This document shows positions 19,615 to 28,879 of a stretch of 64,000 nt of DNA, one piece after another (the stretch's first letter is position 1; the number at the start of each line of letters is the position of its first letter). The stretch covers positions 1 through 64,000 of the forward strand of contig JBBFKW010000011.1 of assembly GCA_037481835.1 (NCBI GenBank), read 5' to 3'. This stretch comes from Desulfosoma sp. (GTDB lineage Bacteria > Desulfobacterota > Syntrophobacteria > Syntrophobacterales > DSM-9756). The position numbers were made by a program, and so were the translations under genes. Under the pieces are notes generated by a model. That model worked only from the letters and a program-made list of their open reading frames with translations, was not told the DNA's origin and made no database searches.

Positions 19615-21579
19615 ATGAGGGAAGGGCTCATGTGGTACCGATCTCTCGGCTTTAAACTCATTTGTGCCGTAGGCGGCGTGACGGCCCTGGTCTTTGCCGT
19701 CTTCTTTTACGGCACGCTCCAAACGCAAGGTCGCGAAACCCTGGACGAGATGATTCGCAGCGTCCATCTGGCCAGCGAAATCGTGCGCCGATCCCTCCGC
19801 TACGACATGCTGCAGTACCAGCCGGAGCGGCTCCATCGGGCCATCGACACCATCGGGGGACACGAGCGGATCGAAAAGGTGCGCATCTTTAACGCGTTAG
19901 GCCAGATTATCTATTCTTCGGACAAGGCCGAGATGGGGGCTTACTTGGATAAATCGGCCGAACAGTGTTACGCCTGCCATACGCGCGAAGAGCCCTTCGA
20001 GCGACTGGAAACTTCCAAGAGAACTCGCATCTTCCGATCGGAAGCGGGCTACCGCGTCTTGGGCATGATCAATCCCATCTACAATGAACCGGACTGCTTT
20101 AGCGGGTCGTGTCATGTGCACCCGCCGGACCAAAAAGTGCTGGGGGTCTTGGACATTGATGTGAGCCTGGAGGGCATGGACCGCGGGTTGGAGCGCATGC
20201 GCACGCACATGCTTCTTTTGGCCTGCGCCGCCGTTGCGGCCATTGCCGCCGTGATCGCTTTGCTGATCCACCGATTCCTCAATCGCCCGTTGCACCACCT
20301 GTTGCAGGGGATTGAACGGGTCGGATCCGGCGACCTTTCCACCCCCATTCTGGTCCAATCCCGCGACGAGATCGGGGCCCTGGCGGGGGCTTTCAACACT
20401 ATGACGGAGCGGCTGCGAGCCTCGGAAAGGGAGATCCGGGAATCGGAAGAAAAATATCGCTCGCTGTTCGAAAACGACCCCAACCCTATTTTCGTGGTGG
20501 ATCTGGAGACGTTTCACATCTTGGACGTCAACATCCGCGCGGTGGAAACGTACGGTTACAGCCGTGAGGAATTTTTGGCCATGTCTTTTCTCGACCTGGC
20601 GGAAGAAAAGGATGCGAGAAAAATCGAGGAATTGGCGACCAAAGCCTGCATTTTTCTTCCCCGGGTGCGGCATCGCCGCAAAAGCGGAGATTTCCTCTAC
20701 GTGAACATCCACTCGTGCCCCCGCCTCCATCTCGGGCGCGACGTCATCATCGCCAACATCGCCGACATCACCGATCGAGTCCAGACCGAAGCGCAGCTCA
20801 TCCAAGCGGGGAAGATGGCCACCTTGGGGGAGATGTCCGCCGGCGTGGCTCATGAGCTGAACCAGCCTCTGAACGCCATTCGCATCGGATGCGAGTTTTT
20901 TTTGAAGAAGGTGCGCCGAGCCGAGCCCATCGATCCGGAGGTCATGGCCAAGGTGGCTTCCCAGATGGTCGAACAGGTGGAGCGCGCCTCGGGCATCATC
21001 AATCACCTGCGGGAGTTCGGCCGAAAATCGGACGCTTTTGAAATGGAGCCCGTGGACATCAACCAGACGATTCGTGATGTGTTCACGGTGCTGGGGCAGC
21101 AGTTGCGGCTCCGCCAGATCGATGTGGTCTTGGACCTGGCGGAAGAGCTTCCCCGTGTTCTCGGCGTGGCCAACCGCTTGGAGCAGGTTTTCCTCAACCT
21201 GGTCATGAACGCGCGGGACGCCATGGAAGAAAAGCGGCAGCGGGGCGATGGGGATTCCGAAGCCATGATCTTGCGCATTCGCACATTGCGGGATGGCGAC
21301 AGGGTCGTGGTCACGGTCAGCGATACCGGAACAGGCATCCCGGAAGGGCTTCGGGACCGGATCTTTGAGCCTTTCTTTACCACCAAGGAGGTGGGGCGCG
21401 GCACCGGTTTGGGGCTTTCCATCAGCTACGGCATTGTCAAGGAGTGCGGGGGGACCATCGAGGTTCGCAGCGAGGAAGGGCGCGGCACCACCTTTGTTTT
21501 GCATTTTCCGGTGTGCACCGATTTTGATTTACCGCGGTGGACCCCCGAGCTGCGGGCGGATCGTCGGGCCATGGGGTGA
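19615..21579 (+). CDS. Sensor histidine kinase with periplasmic c-type heme motifs, HAMP and PAS
   Basis: CYACH and CFSGSCHVH in the periplasmic region; AHELNQPL; EPFFTTKEVGRGTGLGL. Confidence 0.92.
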   Translation: MREGLMWYRSLGFKLICAVGGVTALVFAVFFYGTLQTQGRETLDEMIRSVHLASEIVRRSLRYDMLQYQPERLHRAIDTIGGHERIEKVRIFNALGQIIYSSDKAEMGAYLDKSAEQCYACHTREEPFERLETSKRTRIFRSEAGYRVLGMINPIYNEPDCFSGSCHVHPPDQKVLGVLDIDVSLEGMDRGLERMRTHMLLLACAAVAAIAAVIALLIHRFLNRPLHHLLQGIERVGSGDLSTPILVQSRDEIGALAGAFNTMTERLRASEREIRESEEKYRSLFENDPNPIFVVDLETFHILDVNIRAVETYGYSREEFLAMSFLDLAEEKDARKIEELATKACIFLPRVRHRRKSGDFLYVNIHSCPRLHLGRDVIIANIADITDRVQTEAQLIQAGKMATLGEMSAGVAHELNQPLNAIRIGCEFFLKKVRRAEPIDPEVMAKVASQMVEQVERASGIINHLREFGRKSDAFEMEPVDINQTIRDVFTVLGQQLRLRQIDVVLDLAEELPRVLGVANRLEQVFLNLVMNARDAMEEKRQRGDGDSEAMILRIRTLRDGDRVVVTVSDTGTGIPEGLRDRIFEPFFTTKEVGRGTGLGLSISYGIVKECGGTIEVRSEEGRGTTFVLHFPVCTDFDLPRWTPELRADRRAMG

Positions 21580-21582
21580 GCC

Positions 21583-23094
21583 ATGAGAAGGATTCTGGTG
21601 GTGGATGATGAGGAGAGCACCCGCGACTTGTTGTCGTTGACCCTCCAGAGTGACGGCTATGAGGTCCTGTGCGCCGAGGACGGATTCTGCGCCCTCGGGC
21701 TGTGTCAAACCTCCCCCCCGGACATCGTTTTGACGGATATCAAGATGCCGGGCATGGACGGCATCGAGCTCCTGCGCCGTCTCAAACACATCAACCCGGA
21801 GATGGAAGTGATCGTAATCACGGGCCACGGCCAGATGGAGCTCGCCATCCAAGCGCTGCAGCTGGAGGCGTCGGATTTCATCAACAAGCCGATCAGCGAG
21901 AAAGCCTTGAGCGTGGCGCTTCGTCGCGCCGAGCAGAAGATTTGGATGCGGGAAAGACTCCGAGAATACACGGAAAACTTGGAGTGCATGCTCAAGCAGG
22001 CAACGGATGAAATCCGCAAGCGCTACGATTTTGAACACCGCCTGGTCCACACGTCCATGGACGGCATTATCGTCAACGATCCCGAGGGCAATATCATCAT
22101 CTTCAGCGAAGGGGCGTCGCGCATTTACGGCTACAGCCGCGAGGAGGCCGTTTGCGGACTCAAGGTCTCGGCCCTTTACCCCGAAGGGGAGGCACGACGG
22201 GTCAAGAAGCTCATCTATTCGGAAGAATACGGCGGGCCGGGACAACTGATCAACTTTGAGACCACGGCACGGACCAAAGACGGCCGCTTGGTGCCCATTC
22301 TCCTTTCGGCGGCGGTCCTTTACGAGGGGGACCAGGAAGTGGGCACCGTGGGCTATTTTAAGGATCTCACGGAAGTGAAGGATCTGCAGGCCAGGCTTTT
22401 GGAGCAGACCCGGCTTGCGGCCATCGGGGAGGCCATGGCCGAAGTGGCCCACGGCGTCAAGAACATCCTCTACGGGATGAAACTGGGCGCCTACATGGTG
22501 GAAAAAGCCCTGGGCCAGTGCGATCGAGAGCGGCTGGAGAAGGGCTGGCACATGGTTCGGAAGAATATGGACCGCATGGCCCGGCTGAGCTTGGAAATGC
22601 TCGATTATGCACGGGGAAAAAGCTTGCGCCGGGAACCCATCGCCGTCAACGAAGTTGTTGAGGACGTGTGCCGTGAGATGGAAAGCCAGGCTCATCAAGA
22701 AGGCGTCAGCCTTGTGCGGGAGCTCGTGTGCGATCTTCCTTTCATTTTTGGGGATCCAGAGGCTTTCCACGGCTGTGTCCTGAACCTCGTGGTCAACGCC
22801 GTGGAGTCCTTCGGGGAGGAGAGCCCCGTGAGGCGCGTCGTGGTGAGAACTTTTCTGCAGGACGGCCGGTGGATCTGCGTGGAGATCGCCGATACCGGCC
22901 GCGGCATTCCCCCCGAAGTCCAAGACAAGATCTTTCGTCCCCTGTTCACCACCAAAGGGGCTCGGGGAACGGGTCTGGGCTTGGCCATCACCCAAAAAAT
23001 CGTCGCCGAACTGGGCGGTGTGATCGAATTCCGGACCACCCCCGGCCACGGCACCACCTTCACCATGCGGTTTCCCATGGCGGTGCCGGATTGA
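21583..23094 (+). CDS. Hybrid REC-PAS-histidine kinase
   Basis: N-terminal REC (VVDD, TDIKMP), PAS, VAHGVKN and FTTKGARGTGLGL. Confidence 0.92.
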   Translation: MRRILVVDDEESTRDLLSLTLQSDGYEVLCAEDGFCALGLCQTSPPDIVLTDIKMPGMDGIELLRRLKHINPEMEVIVITGHGQMELAIQALQLEASDFINKPISEKALSVALRRAEQKIWMRERLREYTENLECMLKQATDEIRKRYDFEHRLVHTSMDGIIVNDPEGNIIIFSEGASRIYGYSREEAVCGLKVSALYPEGEARRVKKLIYSEEYGGPGQLINFETTARTKDGRLVPILLSAAVLYEGDQEVGTVGYFKDLTEVKDLQARLLEQTRLAAIGEAMAEVAHGVKNILYGMKLGAYMVEKALGQCDRERLEKGWHMVRKNMDRMARLSLEMLDYARGKSLRREPIAVNEVVEDVCREMESQAHQEGVSLVRELVCDLPFIFGDPEAFHGCVLNLVVNAVESFGEESPVRRVVVRTFLQDGRWICVEIADTGRGIPPEVQDKIFRPLFTTKGARGTGLGLAITQKIVAELGGVIEFRTTPGHGTTFTMRFPMAVPD

Positions 23095-23166
23095 AAGTGA
23101 CGAGGAGAACTCCTCTTCGCGCTGTTGCGCTCCCTGTCCCTTAAAGGTCACAAGGCGATCGGGCGC

Positions 23167-24525
23167 TTATTCCGGACCACACCGGGATCTTGCCCGATTT
23201 TCATCAAAGGAAAAGAAACCGTTTCGACGCTCACACTCTTCGCGAGAAGAAGGAAACACTTTCCCGTTGAGGCAGCACCAGCCCTGGGTCTGGCAGCGCT
23301 TTTGGGCTTCATCGCGGTCGAAGGAGAAGAAGCCACCTCGGCGTTTGCACTCCTCAGGGGCAGCGGGAAAGACCTGACCGTTAAGGCAGCACCAGCCCTG
23401 GGGTTGGCAGCGCTTTTGGGCTTCATCGCGGTCGAAGGAGAAGAAGCCACCTCGGCGTTTGCACGCCTCAGGGGCAGCGGGAAAGACCTGACCGTTGAGG
23501 CAGCACCATCCCTGGGTCCGGCAGCGCTCTTGAGCTTCATCGCGGTCGAAGGAGAAGAAGCCACCTCGGCGTTTGCACGCCTCAGGGGCAGCGGGAAAGA
23601 CCTGACCGTTGAGACAGCACCATCCCTGGGGTTGGCAGCGCTTTTGGGCTTCATCGCGGTCGAAGGAGAAAAAGCCACCTCGGCGTTTGCACGCCTCAGG
23701 GGCAGCGGGAAAGACCTGACCGTTGAGACAGCACCATCCCTGGGGTTGGCAGCGCTTTTGGGCTTCATCGCGGTCGAAGGAGAAGAAGCCTCCTCGGCGT
23801 TTGCACTCCTCAGGGGCAGTGGGAAAGACCTGCCCATTGAGACAGCACCATCCTTGCCGTGGGGGGACCGGCGTTGAGGGAATAAGGGGCGGAAAGACAT
23901 ACTCATGGATCCATGCGGGGATCTCCCGCAACTCGTTTGCACCCATTTCCCTCGGGCCTTGAACCAGTTGTCCCTTGGAGAAAACAGCCAATTGGGACTC
24001 AGCGACAAACACTCCCCCAGGACGGTCGACCCGGGCCTTTCCTTCAAAAAGGGCGAATTCCGTCCAGTCTTCTGCCACTTTAAAATTCGCCCGGCTGTTG
24101 AGGATTCCCTCAACATCGGGTGTGTGGAAACATACATCGTGCTTAATAATGTAAACCTGCCCAATGCCAATTTCGATGTAGAGACATTTTTTGTTTGTTA
24201 CGGGATCCCGATCAATGCGAAACCAAGGATCCGTGTTTTCATCCAACTGACAATAACCCTCATCAAAAAATCGAATTCTGGCGCTACTGTCAAGGCCTGT
24301 GCTGACTCTCATACCCTCTGTTATGATCTCGCCTGCGTGAGCAGGCCGCCCATCCACATAAACGTTCGGCCCGGATGTCTCGAGGGTGCCGAGTCGTGTG
24401 TGGGATGGGCCATCTTGGGGAAGGGGCACGGGAACGCAGGAGGAGGAGGTGAGAGCAGCCAGCCCAAGGCTCCCCACCCATAAAATCGTCAAAAGGCCAT
24501 GCCGTAAGGATCTGCGTTGGCGCAT
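23167..24525 (-). CDS. Putative lipoprotein: FecR-like domain plus six Cys-rich 38-aa repeats
   Basis: Signal ending LTSSSC; VSTGLDSSARIRF..QLDENT (FecR-like); QGWCCLNGQVF..C..RGGFFSFD..EA..RC repeated six times. Confidence 0.8.
   Translation of the reverse strand: MRQRRSLRHGLLTILWVGSLGLAALTSSSCVPVPLPQDGPSHTRLGTLETSGPNVYVDGRPAHAGEIITEGMRVSTGLDSSARIRFFDEGYCQLDENTDPWFRIDRDPVTNKKCLYIEIGIGQVYIIKHDVCFHTPDVEGILNSRANFKVAEDWTEFALFEGKARVDRPGGVFVAESQLAVFSKGQLVQGPREMGANELREIPAWIHEYVFPPLIPSTPVPPRQGWCCLNGQVFPTAPEECKRRGGFFSFDRDEAQKRCQPQGWCCLNGQVFPAAPEACKRRGGFFSFDRDEAQKRCQPQGWCCLNGQVFPAAPEACKRRGGFFSFDRDEAQERCRTQGWCCLNGQVFPAAPEACKRRGGFFSFDRDEAQKRCQPQGWCCLNGQVFPAAPEECKRRGGFFSFDRDEAQKRCQTQGWCCLNGKVFPSSREECERRNGFFSFDENRARSRCGPE
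23173..23857 (-). repeat. Coding tandem repeat, 114-bp unit, six copies (five near-identical, last diverged)
   Basis: The CAGCACCA motif recurs every 114 bp (e.g. 23273, 23387); the unit is in frame. Confidence 0.95.
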
Positions 24526-24537
24526 GGCTTTCCTCCC

Positions 24538-25491
24538 TCATGGTTCTTGAGTTTGTTTGCTGAAAAGCGCTTGCAGTCCGACGACCTGCATGTTCTCGAA
24601 AACCTCTGCCGAAAAACACGAGACCTTTTGGGACACCTCGTCCCAGACGACGACCTCTTTGTCTGTTTTGTTGAGCAAAAAAAAGACGGGGGGGGCCTTC
24701 TCAAAGACCTTTTCCTTCCACTGGAAGGAGACAAGAGCGCACTTGGTGGGGTGGACAAGAACGCCGTACGCCATTGGAGTGAAAAGGGTGTAGAGGGTCA
24801 CGATGAGGAGAAACGGGGAGATCAGCCAGAGACGAACTTTTTCAAACGGAGCCGTTGTGTACCACGCCGCCGTGAGCAGGACGAGGGCAAGGAATTCCCC
24901 CTTGAGGAGATGAAGAAAATAAGAGTGCAATCGGAGGCTGTCCCCTTCCAGGAGCCAGTGCTCGATACGGGCGATATCCGGAAGTGGGGAAAAGCCTCCC
25001 GAAGAATGATAGAGCAAGTTGGAAACTTTGAGAACGGCTGCGAAGTCATTGTAATAATCCAGCACAAAAAACAGTAAGGCGTACGCCAAGCAGAACAAGA
25101 TCCACAGAGACCACAACCAGGGTTTTCCTTTGGGAAAAGCTTTGACGATAGAGGCGAGTTTTCGGCAGCGGTCGGGAAGCGTTCGCAGCGGAAGCCAATG
25201 ACAGGCGGCGACAAAAACAATGGAAACGAGAAAAATCGCTGTAAGCATGTAGAGGATCAGAACAAGCAGGGGCAACAATTCGGCGATGACCATGCTTGCC
25301 AGGACCGCGAAAAACTTTCCCCCTTCCTGGAGGTAGCGTTCTTTGGGGAACTCAAACAGCCCGAACAGCCCGAGCATCTTGAGATGAGCTCGCGAGACGA
25401 GATACCCGCACGCATAAAAAATGGCGGCCATGCCCGCAACGGACCCGGTCAACCAACCGATGAATGCGGCGATACCTCTGAAAAGCTCCAT
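24538..25491 (-). CDS. Hypothetical multi-pass membrane protein
   Basis: 317-aa ORF with several hydrophobic helices and a short soluble C-terminus, ending 12 bp before the FecR gene. Confidence 0.8.
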   Translation of the reverse strand: MELFRGIAAFIGWLTGSVAGMAAIFYACGYLVSRAHLKMLGLFGLFEFPKERYLQEGGKFFAVLASMVIAELLPLLVLILYMLTAIFLVSIVFVAACHWLPLRTLPDRCRKLASIVKAFPKGKPWLWSLWILFCLAYALLFFVLDYYNDFAAVLKVSNLLYHSSGGFSPLPDIARIEHWLLEGDSLRLHSYFLHLLKGEFLALVLLTAAWYTTAPFEKVRLWLISPFLLIVTLYTLFTPMAYGVLVHPTKCALVSFQWKEKVFEKAPPVFFLLNKTDKEVVVWDEVSQKVSCFSAEVFENMQVVGLQALFSKQTQEP

Positions 25492-25656
25492 GACTCAGGG
25501 CCCTCTTACGAGAATCCTCATTTCATACCCGTCTGCCTCTTGCGAAGCCGGATCCCTGATGGGTTCTGGAAATCCCCAACCTTCCCGGGCTGATTGTGCC
25601 CTGCCGAATCAGGGCCCTCGACCCGGGAAGGTCGGCCAGGGGTGTCATATTGGTTT

Positions 25657-25797
25657 CTAAAATTTTCCTTTTGCCACGTTTGTCTTGGCTTTCACTGTGT
25701 TGCCCGTGTAGAGGTTCTTCAGGGAAAGCAGCCCGTAGACCTCGTCTGTCCCCCAATCTTCGTCAAGCAGACTCACACCGACCGTGATGTCGAAAAC
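25657..25797 (-). pseudogene. Orphan 3' gene fragment beginning at the attC GTT
   Basis: VFDITVGVSLLDEDWGTDEVYGLLSLKNLYTGNTVKAKTNVAKGKF*; protein-like, with no start codon or RBS. Confidence 0.45.
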
Positions 25798-25855
25798 GTA
25801 AAGTTGAGGGGCGCGCCGCTTTTAGGCGCGTCCCTGTCGAAAGCCATTTTGCCGC
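25791..25855 (-). mobile_element. Degenerate attC site
   Basis: Minus strand ATGGCTTTCGACAGGGACGCGCCTAAAAGCGGCGCGCCCCTCAACTTTAC-GTT: palindrome with extrahelical bases, 5-nt spacer and GTT; R'' and L'' are decayed. Confidence 0.55.
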
Positions 25856-25880
25856 CTTCTGCCTGAGCGCATACGTTGGC

Positions 25881-26498
25881 TCAGTAGTTCACGTACACTG
25901 ACGAACACACATCGCCAAAGGCGTGCGACGTGTGGAGGTTTGGATAGTCGCCCGGAGCTAGTTCGATGCAACCACCGCCGCCACCGACGTCACGGCAGAG
26001 CTTTACCTTCCTGCCCGGTGCGAAGTTCGGACCTGGCATCACCTTTACAGAGCTTACGATGTCCCCGAATGCGCCGTAGGTATGCAGATTTGAGATGTTC
26101 TGGACGACGATGAATTTGCGCCCGGTAAAGTTAATGTGTTCGTATAGTTCCGCCACCACTGGGATCGGAGCAATGGTTCCGGTGGCCGGTGGGCCCTGGT
26201 TGAAGTTCACCGACGAGATCACATCGTTGAAGTTATAGGGGCGGACGAGGCTGGGATAAGCGGCAGGCCCGGTGAGGATCAACTGCGCACCGCCGTAATG
26301 GCTGTGCTCGTAGAAGCTGACCTGGTATCTCGTTCCCGCCACGAAGTTCGGCCCGGGGTGGATGCCAATTGAAGAGGCCAAATCGTGGAATCCGTAGACT
26401 CCCAAGTCTGGGGTGTCTTCGGTGGGCACCAATCGGCGTCCTCCATAACCGACATGCTCCCAAAGTACCACGATGATCGGAATGTTGGTGTAAGACAT
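25881..26498 (-). CDS. Beta/gamma-crystallin domain protein (two domains)
   Basis: Repeated L(W/Y)EH..Y/F.G and F(N/G)D.(I/V)SS motifs (four Greek keys); no signal peptide. Confidence 0.88.
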   Translation of the reverse strand: MSYTNIPIIVVLWEHVGYGGRRLVPTEDTPDLGVYGFHDLASSIGIHPGPNFVAGTRYQVSFYEHSHYGGAQLILTGPAAYPSLVRPYNFNDVISSVNFNQGPPATGTIAPIPVVAELYEHINFTGRKFIVVQNISNLHTYGAFGDIVSSVKVMPGPNFAPGRKVKLCRDVGGGGGCIELAPGDYPNLHTSHAFGDVCSSVYVNY

Positions 26499-26601
26499 GT
26501 CATCTTTCCTTTATGTCGGATGGCCCTTTTATTGCTTTTCACCGCCTGCTTCCCCGTGCTGGTCTCAAACGGTGCGTACCGACTTTCCCAGGAAAGGGGT
26601 G

Positions 26602-27519
26602 TCAAATTCCGAACTGCTTGGTGTCGACCCAAGCCATGCTGATGAGGGACCAGAAGTCCAAAGCCAGCTTAGAGAGCACGTAGTCGTAGGGCAGCCAGCC
26701 GTACCCCTTGTCTCCCCAAGCGGTTCCCCAAGAATTTCGGATCAGGAGCGCCCCGGTGGTGGTCTTGTTGCATTGGGTATTCTTGATTTTCTTGTTGTCG
26801 TCATAACCGACGGCGACGATGGCATGACCCCATTGGGCTCTTTCTCCGGGGCACGGATAAGGGATGCCGCCTTTGACGTCGCTGGCATTGAACGATGGGA
26901 ATCCCCAAAAGCCGAACATGGACGGAATCCCAGCCGCCAGATACTTTTTGACGCTGGCGAGCACGTCGGAGCCGCTGGGATTGGATCCCAAGGGATCGTG
27001 GCAAAAGTAGTTGATGGCCTCGTAGTTGTCCGCGACGGCGTAGACGAAGCTGGGCGGTTCTTTGTCAAAATCGGGAACGGCGTCCGTATAGGGCCAGTAC
27101 TTTTCGTCGGGCACCCCGCAGAGCCTGAGAGCGCCCATGGTGTTGCGGAGCCATGCCCCGGTGTCGCCCGTCACCTGCATGAGATTCCGGGTGGTCTTGT
27201 AGACGAACAACCGGGAGCCGTCGATGTGCTTGCCGTAAGCGCGCCTCTGGAAGTATTCCACGACTCCGACGGCGGCGTGGGCTGTGCACGATCCAAGGTT
27301 CTTTTGGTTTTCGATGGGGGAGCACCAGGCTCGAAGATCGACGGCGGCCGGCATGGCTTTCAGGTTTTCAGCCTTGCGCAACCCCAGCTTCTTGGCCATG
27401 TCCTTGATCGTCGCCTCCTCTTCGGTGTAGTCGCGAAGATCGGGCAGGGGGGGGAGCCATCCCGTGCCCATCGCGTGTTCCACCCCCTCGATTTCCACGG
27501 GCCGATAAAGCGCATACAT
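26602..27519 (-). CDS. C1A papain-family cysteine peptidase
   Basis: QKNLGSCTAHA, GHAIVAVGYDD and IRNSWGTAWGDKGYG; catalytic C/H/N intact; no obvious signal peptide. Confidence 0.95.
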   Translation of the reverse strand: MYALYRPVEIEGVEHAMGTGWLPPLPDLRDYTEEEATIKDMAKKLGLRKAENLKAMPAAVDLRAWCSPIENQKNLGSCTAHAAVGVVEYFQRRAYGKHIDGSRLFVYKTTRNLMQVTGDTGAWLRNTMGALRLCGVPDEKYWPYTDAVPDFDKEPPSFVYAVADNYEAINYFCHDPLGSNPSGSDVLASVKKYLAAGIPSMFGFWGFPSFNASDVKGGIPYPCPGERAQWGHAIVAVGYDDNKKIKNTQCNKTTTGALLIRNSWGTAWGDKGYGWLPYDYVLSKLALDFWSLISMAWVDTKQFGI

Positions 27520-27561
27520 GGCGGGTCCTCCTGGATTTGGGGTTAAGGAAAAATAGCCTAG

Positions 27562-27660
27562 GAGCTTGTCCGAGAATGCCGATTTTGTTGGTTTATGGCA
27601 TCGTAATTATCTGATTTTACGTTGCCCACGTCGGCAACAATCGAATTGCCGGACAGCCTC
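27562..27660. mobile_element. 99-bp MITE with CTAG flanking duplication
   Basis: TIRs GAGCTTGTCCGAGAAT and (reverse complement) GAGGCTGTCCGGCAAT match at 12 of 16 positions and extend imperfectly inward; CTAG at 27558-61 and 27661-64. Confidence 0.7.
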
Positions 27661-27727
27661 CTAGGTTATATTTCTAAAACGCGCGCATCACCAGGGGATC
27701 ACCGGAGCATCACCGAAACGGTGCGGA

Positions 27728-28708
27728 CTATCGACGCGGGCGGGAAGGGGAATCCCTTTGAGGGCCTTGGATTGACGAATCGGGGGGGTGTTTCAGGAGT
27801 TCGGTGACATGGCTCATGGCTTCCATGACGTCCCGATGCACGGCTTCCAGGCTTTGGAGGGCTTTTTGCAAGACGTCCATGGCCGCACCAAGGGCGTCGG
27901 ATAAGGGGGGGCGTCCCCCGACGTGTCCCGGGGGGGCTCCCCGCCGTCCGGGGGCGATTTCTTCGTAGTAGCGGCGGGTGTCTCGAGACGGCTGGCATCC
28001 CATCTCTTTCTCTAAACTTTCTCGACACTTTTCATATTGGCGCAAGGCCATGAAGCGCTGCCCCATCTCCTGGTACATTTTCATGGCGGCGAGATGGATA
28101 TCTTCCCGGAAGGGTTCGACTTTCAAGAGGCGCTGAGCAAACCCGAGACCCCGAGGGATATCGTGAGCGTTCTCATAGTGGTGCATGAGAGCTTCCAATG
28201 CTTCCACGTAAAGGCAGTGCACCCGTTCCCTTTCCACGAGAACCCAATCTTCATAGAAGCCTTCCAAAAGTTCGCCGGTATATAGGGAGAGGGCTTTTTC
28301 GACTTCGGCCGCCGCCTGATCGGAAAGCCCGGATCGGGAACTCTTGGGAAGGACCTGCAGCTTTTCCTCAAAAAGAGCCAGGTCGATCCAGCACGGCGCG
28401 TCGCGTCCCAGCCCCACCTCCCCGGCTCCCGTGGAGAGAAGGAAAGTCCCTTTCGGGACTCCCGGCGGTTCCAAAACCTTGCGCAAACGCCATAGAGCCG
28501 TGTTCAAGCAGGCACGCCCCCTCTCGTCGTCTGTTTCGCCCCACAAGGTGCCTGCCAAGATCTCCCGAGGGTGGATGCGGTGGCGATGGACGACGAGATA
28601 CGCCAAAAGGTGCTGGGCCGTGCGGGTGAGATGGAGGGTTTGAGGCGGGTGGCCCCTGAGGACGCGAAATCCCCCAAAGAGAAAGATATGCAGGCGGTCC
28701 ATGAGCAC
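27728..28708 (-). CDS. AfsR/SARP-family regulator (wHTH + BTAD)
   Basis: LFGGFRV..LLAYLVVH..REILAGTLW..LWRLRK, LYTGELLEGFYEDWV..ER and EPFREDIH. Confidence 0.92.
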   Translation of the reverse strand: MLMDRLHIFLFGGFRVLRGHPPQTLHLTRTAQHLLAYLVVHRHRIHPREILAGTLWGETDDERGRACLNTALWRLRKVLEPPGVPKGTFLLSTGAGEVGLGRDAPCWIDLALFEEKLQVLPKSSRSGLSDQAAAEVEKALSLYTGELLEGFYEDWVLVERERVHCLYVEALEALMHHYENAHDIPRGLGFAQRLLKVEPFREDIHLAAMKMYQEMGQRFMALRQYEKCRESLEKEMGCQPSRDTRRYYEEIAPGRRGAPPGHVGGRPPLSDALGAAMDVLQKALQSLEAVHRDVMEAMSHVTELLKHPPDSSIQGPQRDSPSRPRR

Positions 28709-28879
28709 TCCTTGCCGGTATCGGCCCCATGTGAAGGCGGGGGAACGTTCACAGAGGCGGGGGCTTTCAGCCCGCCGCAGACGGCGTGCGCGCTTAGGTC
28801 CTGCTACTCCTTAAAACATGATGTCTTAGGATAATCAAGGAAATCTTCACGGGATTGATCGTGACCGGGTCTTGGGCCA

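Noticed and set aside
23173..23857. Regular repeats suggestive of a CRISPR array
   Set aside because: The units are contiguous 114-bp in-frame coding repeats with no unique spacers, and there are no cas genes.
23125..24170. Alternative repeat ORFs (23125..23877 + and 23148..24170 -)
   Set aside because: Shadow frames of the tandem repeat. The 23167..24525 frame has the signal peptide, RBS and domain structure.
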